Assembly (NCBI GenBank): GCA_965223845.1
Contig: CBDCXR010000004.1
Coordinates: 5,312,001-5,376,000, forward strand
Direction: 5' to 3'
From: Planctomycetota bacterium
Lineage (GTDB): Bacteria; Planctomycetota; UBA8108; SXIK01
Length of the DNA: 64,000 nucleotides
Shown here: positions 39,788-48,300 of the stretch, one piece after another
Numbering within the stretch: the stretch's first letter is position 1
Layout: the number at the start of each line of letters is the position of its first letter
The notes under the pieces: generated by a model
Seen by the model: the letters and a program-made list of their open reading frames with translations, nothing else
What the model was told of the DNA's origin: nothing
Database searches by the model: none
Made by a program: the position numbers and the translations under genes

Positions 39788-40747
39788 ATGAAGCGAGCGC
39801 GAGTCCTGATCCCGCGACCGATCGCGCCGATCGGAATCGAGCTGCTATCGCGGGAGTGCGATTGCATCGCGCCGTGGATGACGGGCGAGGTGTGGACGGA
39901 TGAACGAATTCGCGACGAGCTCCGCGACGTCGATGCGATCGTCGTCCGCATCTTCGAGCTCCGTGCGGAAGACATCGACTCCGCGCCGCGGCTCAAGGTG
40001 ATCGCGAAGCACGGCGTCGGTGTGGACAACATCGATTGCTCGGCCGCCGCGCGGCGCGGGATTCCCGTGGTCATCACTCCGGGTGCCAATTCGAACGCGG
40101 TGGCCGAGCACACGCTCGCGCTCATCTTCGCGCTCGCGCGCCAAACGCTCGCGGCCGACGCGATCACGCGCGAAGGTCGATTCGACGAACGAGATTCGTT
40201 CGCGGGCGTCGAGCTCGCCGGAAAGACCGTCGGCGTCGTCGGGTTCGGTCGCATCGGATCGCGTGTCGCCGCGAAAGTGGAGCGCGGACTCGGCATGCGG
40301 GCGGTCGCCTATGATCCGCCTCTCGTCCAGTCGGGTCGGGCGCCGGACCGCGAGTTCGCCCCGACGCTCGACGATGTCGCCGCGAGCGCTGACTTTCTCT
40401 CACTCCACGTTCCCCTCACGCCGGACACCCAGCATCTGGTCGATCGCGAAGTGCTCGAACGTCTCGGCCCGGACGCGTTTCTCATCAACACGTCGCGCGG
40501 AAGCGTCGTCGACGAGCGAGCACTCGTCGGCGCGCTCGAAAGCGGACAGATTCGCGGCGCGGCGCTCGACGTCTTTGAAACCGAGCCGTTGCCAGCCGAC
40601 CACCCACTTTGCGGCGCGCCGCGAACACTTCTTTCGCCGCATGTCGCCGCGGCAACGTCGGAATCACGCGTGGCGATGGCGCGGATGGTAGCGGAGGGGG
40701 TTCTCGCTGCCCTTCGAGGCGAAGCTCCGCCGCACGTAGCGGAGTAA
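39788..40747 (+). CDS. D-2-hydroxyacid dehydrogenase (phosphoglycerate dehydrogenase-like)
   Basis: KHGVGVDNID, AVAEH, GFGRIG, LHVPL, INTSRG, LDVFETEP, SPHVA. Confidence 0.9.
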   Translation: MKRARVLIPRPIAPIGIELLSRECDCIAPWMTGEVWTDERIRDELRDVDAIVVRIFELRAEDIDSAPRLKVIAKHGVGVDNIDCSAAARRGIPVVITPGANSNAVAEHTLALIFALARQTLAADAITREGRFDERDSFAGVELAGKTVGVVGFGRIGSRVAAKVERGLGMRAVAYDPPLVQSGRAPDREFAPTLDDVAASADFLSLHVPLTPDTQHLVDREVLERLGPDAFLINTSRGSVVDERALVGALESGQIRGAALDVFETEPLPADHPLCGAPRTLLSPHVAAATSESRVAMARMVAEGVLAALRGEAPPHVAE

Positions 40748-40750
40748 GCG

Positions 40751-41509
40751 ATGACTACGCTCACTTTCCTCGGAACGGGAAACGCGTTCAACGAGGACGG
40801 ATACTTCTCCACCGCAGTGTGGATCGAGACCGAACGCCGGGAGAACGTTCTGGTCGATGCGGGACCGACGACGCTCGCGGCGATGCGCCGCGCCGAAGTC
40901 GACCCCGACGCGGTCGACGCCGTCTTCATCACACATCTCCACGGCGATCACATCGCGGGCTGGCCGTTTCTCGTCTTGGATCTCGCGCTGCGCGCTCGGC
41001 GGGAACGACCGCTCGACGTCTATGGGCCGATCGGAACCCAAGCCGCTCTCGATGCGCTCGCCCACGTCTCGTACGGCGATGCGATCGCACCCCCGCGCGC
41101 CGCGTTCGAGACTCGCTTTCACGAGCTCGACGTCGAGTCCCGCGATGATGATCGCGTGTTCGACTCGCTCGCATTCGCTGTCGTTCCGGTCGAGCATCAC
41201 CCGAGCTCGCTCGGATACTTGCTTTCGACGGGAGGACATCGGATCGGAATCACCGGCGACACGGGCTGGTGCTCAGGGCTCGAGGAGCTCGCGCAGAGGA
41301 GCTCACTCCTCGTCGCCGAGTGCACCACGGTGGACGAAACGGCGGCCGCTCATCTCTCTCTCGCGGAGTTTCGCGCGCGGCGCGGAGCGCTCTCCGTCGA
41401 GCGGATCGTCCTCGTTCACACGAACGGCGCCGTCCGGTCCTCTCTCCGCGGAGAGGCGATCCCTGGGGTGGTGACGGTTACGGACGGCGAGGTGATGGTT
41501 CTCGCGTAG
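40751..41509 (+). CDS. MBL-fold metallo-hydrolase (RNase Z-like)
   Basis: FLGTG, LVDAG, FITHLHGDH, TGDT, ECT, LVH. Confidence 0.88.
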   Translation: MTTLTFLGTGNAFNEDGYFSTAVWIETERRENVLVDAGPTTLAAMRRAEVDPDAVDAVFITHLHGDHIAGWPFLVLDLALRARRERPLDVYGPIGTQAALDALAHVSYGDAIAPPRAAFETRFHELDVESRDDDRVFDSLAFAVVPVEHHPSSLGYLLSTGGHRIGITGDTGWCSGLEELAQRSSLLVAECTTVDETAAAHLSLAEFRARRGALSVERIVLVHTNGAVRSSLRGEAIPGVVTVTDGEVMVLA

Positions 41510-41590
41510 TGCGCGGACTCGATGGCGGGTGAGAGAGGGAGACGGGAAGAAGAAAGAAGAGAAGAGGAGTTTGTCGGGAACGGGAACGGG

Positions 41591-41630
41591 AAAAAAGAAG
41601 AGCCGACAGGCACGAGACCTGTCGGCTCTT
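41591..41630 (-). terminator. Intrinsic (Rho-independent) terminator on the minus strand
   Basis: Minus strand AAGAGCCGACAGG-TCTCGTG-CCTGTCGGCTCTT (13-bp stem) followed by CTTTTTT. The U-tract exists only on the minus strand. Confidence 0.85.
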
Positions 41631-42040
41631 GGCAATCCGATCCCTTCGGGGGGAGGAGGAGGGACCAGAAGGCGGAGGAGTGAGGGCCGAGGAGCGGGGA
41701 GAGGGAGGGGAGAGAGGGGGAGGTGAAGGGAACCAGCGGCGAGCCGCTGGTTCGGGTCGGCCCTCGAGAGTTGGGAGAGAGGGGAGGGGTGGAATGTGCT
41801 GAGGAGGGGCGGGCCTCGCTGCCGCGGAGGACAGGCGCCCGGCGGAGGGAAGGGACCCGGGAGCCGACGGGTGAGGAAGGGCCGTCGGCTCCCGTGAGGG
41901 GGGTCCCCTCGAGTGAGGGAGGGAGAGAGAGCAGCGGTGCTGCGGGGCGGTCGAACGACCGAGGAGGGAGGTGATCGTCCGGCCGCAGAGGGTTTCGGGA
42001 GGTTTCGGGTCAGATTTCCTTCGCCGGGGGTCAGCCGGCT
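41591..42040 (-). ncRNA. Candidate ~450-nt CU-rich multi-hairpin non-coding RNA
   Basis: Lies between a sigma54-type promoter and the terminator. No ATG/GTG/TTG on the minus strand between 41636 and 42040. Several strong hairpins and 14 CCTCC motifs. Confidence 0.65.
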
Positions 42041-42049
42041 CGGGGGGAA

Positions 42050-42067
42050 AAGCACCGTGCGTGCCGA
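42050..42067 (-). promoter_or_regulatory. Sigma54-type -24/-12 promoter
   Basis: Minus strand TCGGCACGCACGGTGCTT = GG-N10-GC with GGCACG core (consensus YTGGCACGRNNNTTGCW). Confidence 0.7.
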
Positions 42068-42092
42068 AGCGCCCGACCCGCCCCCGAAGACA

Positions 42093-42123
42093 CCTTAAGT
42101 TATTTACATGAAATATCTTAAGG
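42093..42123. promoter_or_regulatory. AT-rich palindromic IHF-like bending site
   Basis: CCTTAAG-ttatttacatgaaatat-CTTAAGG. AA-N4-TTA occurs on both strands (partial match to WATCARNNNNTTR); positioned between promoter and enhancer. Confidence 0.5.
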
Positions 42124-42187
42124 GCCTCCCGATCGTGTTCCCTATCCGCTCGAATCCGAGCTTGCGGCCCCCGTTCCCGGACCGGGC

Positions 42188-42204
42188 TGTATCAAAAGGA
42201 GACA
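42188..42204. promoter_or_regulatory. Candidate upstream activator sequence for a sigma54 enhancer-binding protein
   Basis: TGTATCAAAAGGAGACA (TGT-N11-ACA imperfect palindrome), ~150 bp upstream of the predicted start site. Confidence 0.5.
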
Positions 42205-42538
42205 CGTAAGCGATCGGTTCGGGTGAGGCGAGACGGAGGAACGTCCGGCCGCGAGCACTCTGAGGATACGGCCGGCGATCTCGCGTGCTCGGCTGTCTCC
42301 GGCACGTAGAGTGACGGCGCACGCAAGACACACCGTCGGCGGTTTTTCCGGTGGACCGCCCCCGCGAGCGATGCCGATGTACCGGGGAGACGGCGAGTTA
42401 ACTCGTCTCCTGCGGCGGTCACTCGCGGGGATTCGGAAACGGGTCCAGAGCTCACTCGTCCATCTCGACGCTACCGCAGGGTTCGAACGCCGGCCCCGCA
42501 GGCAGCGAAACGCACGACCCCGGAGCGCAGGCGGAGCG

Positions 42539-43186
42539 ATGACCGAGTTTCTTCAACTCTGCGGACAGCCGTTCAACCTCCCGTGGACGCTGCTGCTCGG
42601 TCTCGTCGTTCTCTATTGGGTGGGCGTCATCGTCGGGGCGCTCGACCTCGACGCGTTCGACTTCGATCTCGACGCGGACGTCGATGTCGATGCCGACGCC
42701 GATGTTGAAGTCGACACCGACGCGAGCGTTCACGGCGGAAGCGCACTGCTCGGCGTTCTCCGCTTCTTCGAGTTCGGCACCGTTCCGACGATGGTCATCG
42801 TCAGCTTCTTCGCGCTCGGTGGCTGGACGGCAGCGCTCCTCTTCAACTTTCACTTCGGTGGATCGACCCTCGTCGGCTTCCTCCTCTTGATCCCGATCTT
42901 CCTCGTCGCCCTCGCCGTGACGAAGGTGACGGCCGTACCGCTCGCCGCGCTGTTTCGCCAACTCGAGAACGAGGACACCGGGACGGTGACGGTCGAAGGT
43001 CAGATCTGCACGGTGAAATCTTCGAAAGTCGACGGCGAGAGCGGTCAAGCCGAGGTGAAATCGAAGGGTGCACCAGTGCTTCTCAACGTTCGCACACGAA
43101 ACGGTGAAGTTCTCCATCGCGGAGACGAGGCGGTGGTGGTTGAGCCAGACCCCGAGACGGGGACGTACTTCGTCGCTCGCCTCTAA
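42539..43186 (+). CDS. YqiJ/NfeD-like membrane protein with C-terminal OB-fold
   Basis: GGAG RBS; PFNLPWTLLLGLVVLYW, acidic DxDxD loop, GTVP, GQICTV...GQAEV...LLNVR; directly upstream of flotillin. Confidence 0.82.
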   Translation: MTEFLQLCGQPFNLPWTLLLGLVVLYWVGVIVGALDLDAFDFDLDADVDVDADADVEVDTDASVHGGSALLGVLRFFEFGTVPTMVIVSFFALGGWTAALLFNFHFGGSTLVGFLLLIPIFLVALAVTKVTAVPLAALFRQLENEDTGTVTVEGQICTVKSSKVDGESGQAEVKSKGAPVLLNVRTRNGEVLHRGDEAVVVEPDPETGTYFVARL

Positions 43187-43279
43187 CTCAGTTCAAGAAA
43201 CGCTCGGTCTCACCGCCAGCGGTCTATCCACGAATCTCGAAACCAACGACAAAACGGCGCAGTAGCTCGGAGTAGAGAC

Positions 43280-45310
43280 ATGCTTTTCCTCCTTCAGACT
43301 GACCCCACGAGTTGGATCCCCCTCATCGTCGGAGCGATCTTCTGCCTCATCCTCGCCGGGATCGCCGTCCTCATCGTCAAGTGCTACCGCAAGGTGCCGC
43401 AGGGGACCGCTCTCGTGCGCACGGGGATGGGCGGGCCGAAAGTCACGACGGGCACTGGAGTCGTCGTCATCCCGGTTCTCCACCGCGCCGAGCTGATGGA
43501 CATCTCCGTCAAGCGAATCGAAATCGCGCGCGAAGGCGAAGACGGCCTCATTTGCGCCGACAATCTCCGCGCCGATATCAAGGTGGCCTTCTTCGTCCGC
43601 GTGAACAACACCGAGGAAGACATTCTTCAGGTCGCCCAATCGCTCGGTTGCGAGCGCGCCTCGCAGCAGCGGGCGCTCATCGAGCTCTTCGACGCGAAGT
43701 TTTCCGAAGCGCTCAAGACGGTCGGCAAGCAGTTCGATTTCGTCTCGCTCTACAACGAACGGGATCGTTTCAAGGAACAGATCGTCGCGCTGATCGGAAC
43801 GGATCTGAACGGCTACGTCCTTGACGACACCGCGATCGACTTCCTCGAGCAGACCTCGCTCGAGCAGCTCAACCCGAACAACATCCTCGACGCCGAGGGA
43901 ATCAAGAAGATCACCGATCTGACCGCGCAGCAGCAGATCCTCGCGAACGACATCGTGCGCGAGAAGGAGAAGGTGATCAAAAAGCAGGACGTCGAAGCGC
44001 GCGAGGCCATCCTCGAGCTCGATCGCCAACAAGCCGAAGCCGAGGCGCGTCAGCTGCGAGAAATCCAAAGCGTCCAGGCACGCGAGACATCCGAGACGAC
44101 GCGAGTCAAGGAAGAGGAGCGGCTCAAGGCCGAACGGGCCCGTCTGACCACCGACGAAGAGGTGAAGGTCGCCGAAGAGAACGTCGAGCGACAAATCATT
44201 GTCGCGAAAAAGAACAAGGAGCGTACCGAGGCGGTCGAGAACGAGCGGATCGAAAAGGATCGGATGCTCGAGCAGACCGAGCGCGAACGCATCGTCACGC
44301 TAGCGCAAATTGAAAAGGACAAGGCGGTCGAAGCGGAGAAGAAAGAGATCCAGGACGTCATCCGCGAGCGCGTCGTCGTCGAGCGGGCTGTCGTCGAAGA
44401 GGAGGAGCGGATCAAGGACACGCGAGACTTCGCCGGCGCGGAGCGACAGAAGCAAGTCGCGGTGACGAAGGCTCAGCAGACCGCAGAGGAAGCGAAGATC
44501 CGTGAGGTTCAAGCCGCGGAAGCCAGCAAGGAAGCGTCGATGCGTCTCGCCGATCAGATGTTGATCGAAGCCGAGGCGAGTCGCGGCGCGGCGGAGAAGG
44601 AGACGGAAGCCAAGAAGCTCCTCGCCGAGGCGAAGGCCGCAGAGGAAGCCGCGCTCGGACTCGCCGAAGCCGAGGTCATGGTCGCCAAGGCAGACGCGAC
44701 GCAGAAGCAGGGTGCCGTCGAGGCCGAAGTGCTCGAGCTCAAGTACTCGGCGGAAGCGGAAGGAATCGACAAGAAGGCCGCGGCGATGAAGAAATTCGAC
44801 GAAGTCGGCCGCGATCACGAGGAGTTCAAGCTCCGGCTCGAGAAGGACCGCGACATCGATCTCGAATCGATTCGGGTGCATCGCGAGGTCGCGGAGTACC
44901 GCGCGCAAATGGTCGGCGAGGCACTCAAGACAGCCAAGATCGACATCGTCGGCGGCGAATCCGAGTTCTTCGACAAGATCGTCGGTGCGATCGGAAACGG
45001 CAAGGCCGTCGATCGAACCGTCCTCGGAAGCGATGTTCTCACGGACGTGAAACAGACGTTCTTCAATGGCGACGCGGAGTACTTCAAGGCTCAGCTCGAA
45101 CGCTTCATCGGTCAATTCGGCGTCGACTCCGAGGACATCAAGAACCTCTCGATCGCCGCGCTGATCGGCAAGCTCATGAGCAAGGCGGACAGCGAGACGG
45201 CGCGCGGACGACTCCAGTCGATGCTCGGCGCGGCGCGCGAGGCCGGCCTCGCGGACACTCTCGTCTCGCACCTCGGGCTCGATCTCTCCAAGGACTCCGC
45301 GCGCTCTTGA
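43280..45310 (+). CDS. Flotillin/SPFH-domain protein (YqiK-like)
   Basis: N-terminal TM, YRKVPQGTALVRTG, GLICADNLRADIKVAFFVRVN, KFSEALK, long AE-rich coiled coil. Confidence 0.92.
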   Translation: MLFLLQTDPTSWIPLIVGAIFCLILAGIAVLIVKCYRKVPQGTALVRTGMGGPKVTTGTGVVVIPVLHRAELMDISVKRIEIAREGEDGLICADNLRADIKVAFFVRVNNTEEDILQVAQSLGCERASQQRALIELFDAKFSEALKTVGKQFDFVSLYNERDRFKEQIVALIGTDLNGYVLDDTAIDFLEQTSLEQLNPNNILDAEGIKKITDLTAQQQILANDIVREKEKVIKKQDVEAREAILELDRQQAEAEARQLREIQSVQARETSETTRVKEEERLKAERARLTTDEEVKVAEENVERQIIVAKKNKERTEAVENERIEKDRMLEQTERERIVTLAQIEKDKAVEAEKKEIQDVIRERVVVERAVVEEEERIKDTRDFAGAERQKQVAVTKAQQTAEEAKIREVQAAEASKEASMRLADQMLIEAEASRGAAEKETEAKKLLAEAKAAEEAALGLAEAEVMVAKADATQKQGAVEAEVLELKYSAEAEGIDKKAAAMKKFDEVGRDHEEFKLRLEKDRDIDLESIRVHREVAEYRAQMVGEALKTAKIDIVGGESEFFDKIVGAIGNGKAVDRTVLGSDVLTDVKQTFFNGDAEYFKAQLERFIGQFGVDSEDIKNLSIAALIGKLMSKADSETARGRLQSMLGAAREAGLADTLVSHLGLDLSKDSARS

Positions 45311-45360
45311 GAACTCGAGCTCGCTGAATCGATCTCCCGGCCCGCCCGGACATCGACGCC

Positions 45361-48300
45361 ATGAGTGATCCCGAATCCAACCGCAGCGACGTAGAATCGA
45401 CCTCGCCCGAGGAAGCGATCGACTCGAGCACGTACGAAGTTCTGAAGCGCCGCCTCCACTCGAGCGCCGACGAGCTGCAGCGCCGTCTCGATTCGCTTCA
45501 CGAGGCGCGAAAGAGTGCGTTCGGCTCGATCGACTTCGAGCTCCTTACGACCGAACGCGTCACGACGCGGCACAACTGCGTCCCGCGTGACATGGTCGTG
45601 ATCGGAAATCGACTTCTGGTCGGCTTCAACGTTCAGTTCGGCCTCAAGACGGAGACCGTCCCGGAAGATGTGTTCGCAGTCTTCGGTTTCGCCGATCGGA
45701 AGTTCACCGAGCAGGATCTCTCGCTCGTCGAGCACCCTCAGTTCGCCGCCGACTTTCGCGACCTCTATCGCTATTACAAGAAGACGTCGTTTCTACGCTT
45801 TGCGGTGATCGGTCCGTTTCTCTTCATGGTCTTTCGCGTTGGGAAGAGCCCGGAAGATGTGAAGACGTTCAAGTGGGGGATCGAGGGAGATCGACTCCGG
45901 TACGTAGACAATCGCAGCGACCACGAGTACCGCTCGCCGCCCCAGCACGAGTTCGAGTGGACGCGGACCCACCGCGACCTGCACGTCGATGGCCTCCACC
46001 CGCACATCTCCATCGAAGACCGCGTCTTCGTCGAGACCGTTGGAGGCGACCTCACGATCAAGATCGAGAACAACACGGAATCGGGGGAGGGGATCTACGC
46101 AGAACCGGTCGACGATCCCGACCAGACTCTGGATGACGCCGAGGTCTACTACGCTCGCGTCGATCAGTTGATCCTGCTCAAGATCAGGCCCTATCGCGAA
46201 TCCGAGTTCCGCTACATCGTCTACAACGAGAAGCTCCAGACGGCGGATCGCATCGATTCGATCGAGGGTTCGTGCGTCATTCTCCCCGAAGACCAGGGAA
46301 TCGTCTTCTCGAACGGCTACTACCTTCAAGCCGGCGAAAAGAAGGTCTTCGACACCGCTGCGCACGATATGCGCTTCGATCGGCGCATCGCCGCGCCGAA
46401 CGGAGAAGACTTCCTCTTCGTGTTCCACAACCACGACGCCGGGACATACACGCTCCTCCCGTACAACATCATCGACCAACGCGTCGAGAATCCCATCAAC
46501 GGACACGGCCACGCGCTGTTCGAGAATGGCGAGCTCATTCTCTTCAAAGGCCAGCCGGAACCACAGAAACATCACGCGCTCCAGATCTGGCGCACGCCGT
46601 TTCTCGGGGACGACGCCGTCGAGTTCGCCGGAGATACACCGCTCCACAAAATCGGCAACCGCGAGCTCGTTCGTGGGATGGCCGAATGCCACGCCGTGGT
46701 AGTTCTCTCACGCCGCGATGAGATCTACGCCGACCTGTACGTCGATCTCGTGAAGACCTGCGGCGATCTCGTCGACAGCTACTTTTGGCTCGGGGACCCC
46801 GATTGCTTCGATCTCCGCGAGACGATCGAGGAAATCCGAGGGACGGCGAGCGCCGCGGTCGGCGAGTTCGAGAAAGTCGTGGCGGTCCGTCGCAGTACGG
46901 ATGCACAGGTCGCCGAGGTCACCGCCGCGACACGTTCGGCCATGCGTGACGCCGGACTGCGCCGCTTCGAAGCGATCGACGACTTCGTCGCATCGCTGAG
47001 CGAGCTTCGAGGCGTGCGCGGACGCATCATTTCACTGCGGGATCTCCGGTACATCGACGGCGCCGTCGTCGATGCGCTCGAAGCCGAGGTCGAAACAGCG
47101 TCGGCCGAGATCGCGGAGCGCTGCGTCACGTTTCTCCTCGATCCGGCGGCGCTCGACCCGTACGAAGAGCGAGTCGAAAGTCTTCGCGCGGGGATCGACC
47201 CCCTCTCGACCGTAAGCGAGGCGAAAGCACTCAGCGAGCACATCGACACGCTCGCGGGCGAGCTCGAGCTTCTCATCGAAACGGTCAGCAACCTCAAGAT
47301 CGCCGACGCGACCAAGCGGACCGAGATCGTCGATCGAATCTCGTCGGTGTTCGCGACCGTGAACGGCGTGCGGGCGACCCTGCGCGGCAAGACCCAGACT
47401 CTCGCCTCCGCCGAAGGCATCGCGGAGTTCAACTCCCAGATCAAGCTCCTCGGGCAGTCGGTCGTCAACTATCTCGACCTCTGCGACTCTCCGGAGAAGT
47501 GCGACGACTACCTCACGAAGGTGATGGTGCAGCTCGAGGAGATGGAAGGGAAGTTTGCGGAGTTCGACGAGTTTGTCGTCCAGCTCGCCGAGAAGCGGGA
47601 CGAAGTCTACACCGCGTTCGAAGGTCGAAAGGTCTCGCTTCTCGAGAAACGAAACAAGCGCGCGGCCTCGCTTGCGTCTGCCGCCGATCGTATCCTCAGC
47701 GGCATCCGCGCGCGCGTCGACAAGCTCGAATCCGTCGATGAGATCAACGGCTTCTTCGCGGCAGACCTTCTCGTCGACAAGGTGCGCGATCTCCTCGTTG
47801 AGCTCGGCGATCTGGACGATTCGGTCAAGGTCGACGAGATCGAGAGTCGGCTCAAGACGATCCGCGAGGATTCCGTCCGCCAACTCAAGGACCGCCTCGA
47901 CCTCTACACCGGCGGCGGCAGCCTGATTCAGCTCGGGCGACATCAATTCTCGGTGAACACGCAGCCGCTCGATCTGACGACCGTTTCGAAAGACGGCGAG
48001 CTCTGCCTTCACCTCACCGGGACCGATTTTCTCGACCCGATCTCCGACGCGGAGCTCACGGCGACCGGCGACGTCGCGGGGCTCGAAGTCGTCTCCGAAT
48101 CGCCGGAGGTGTATCGCGGCGAGTACCTCGCGTACCAGCTTCTCACCGCCGGAGCGGCCGCGGGCAACGGCACGGCGCCCACCGAGGACTGGCTCTCTCT
48201 CGACCGCGACACCCGCCTGGAGCGAATCCAGAAATTCATGAGCACGCGCTACAGCGAGGCGTACACCAAAGGAGTCCACGATCAGGACGCGGAGCGAATT

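Noticed and set aside
41640-42002. Plus-strand CsrB/RsmZ-like GGA sponge
   Set aside because: Many GGA motifs are present, but the promoter and the terminator U-tract both point to the minus strand. Kept only as the alternative hypothesis.
41303-42055. 250-aa Pro/Leu/Ser-rich minus-strand ORF, plus short Gly/Arg/Glu-rich plus-strand ORFs at 41529-42098
   Set aside because: The GTG start lies inside the -12 promoter element, the frame runs through the terminator into the antisense of the MBL gene, and the composition simply reflects the CU/GA skew.
42093-42123. AT-rich palindrome as a dif/Xer site
   Set aside because: It lacks the XerD arm TTATGTTAAAT and the 11-6-11 layout; its position fits an IHF-like site better.
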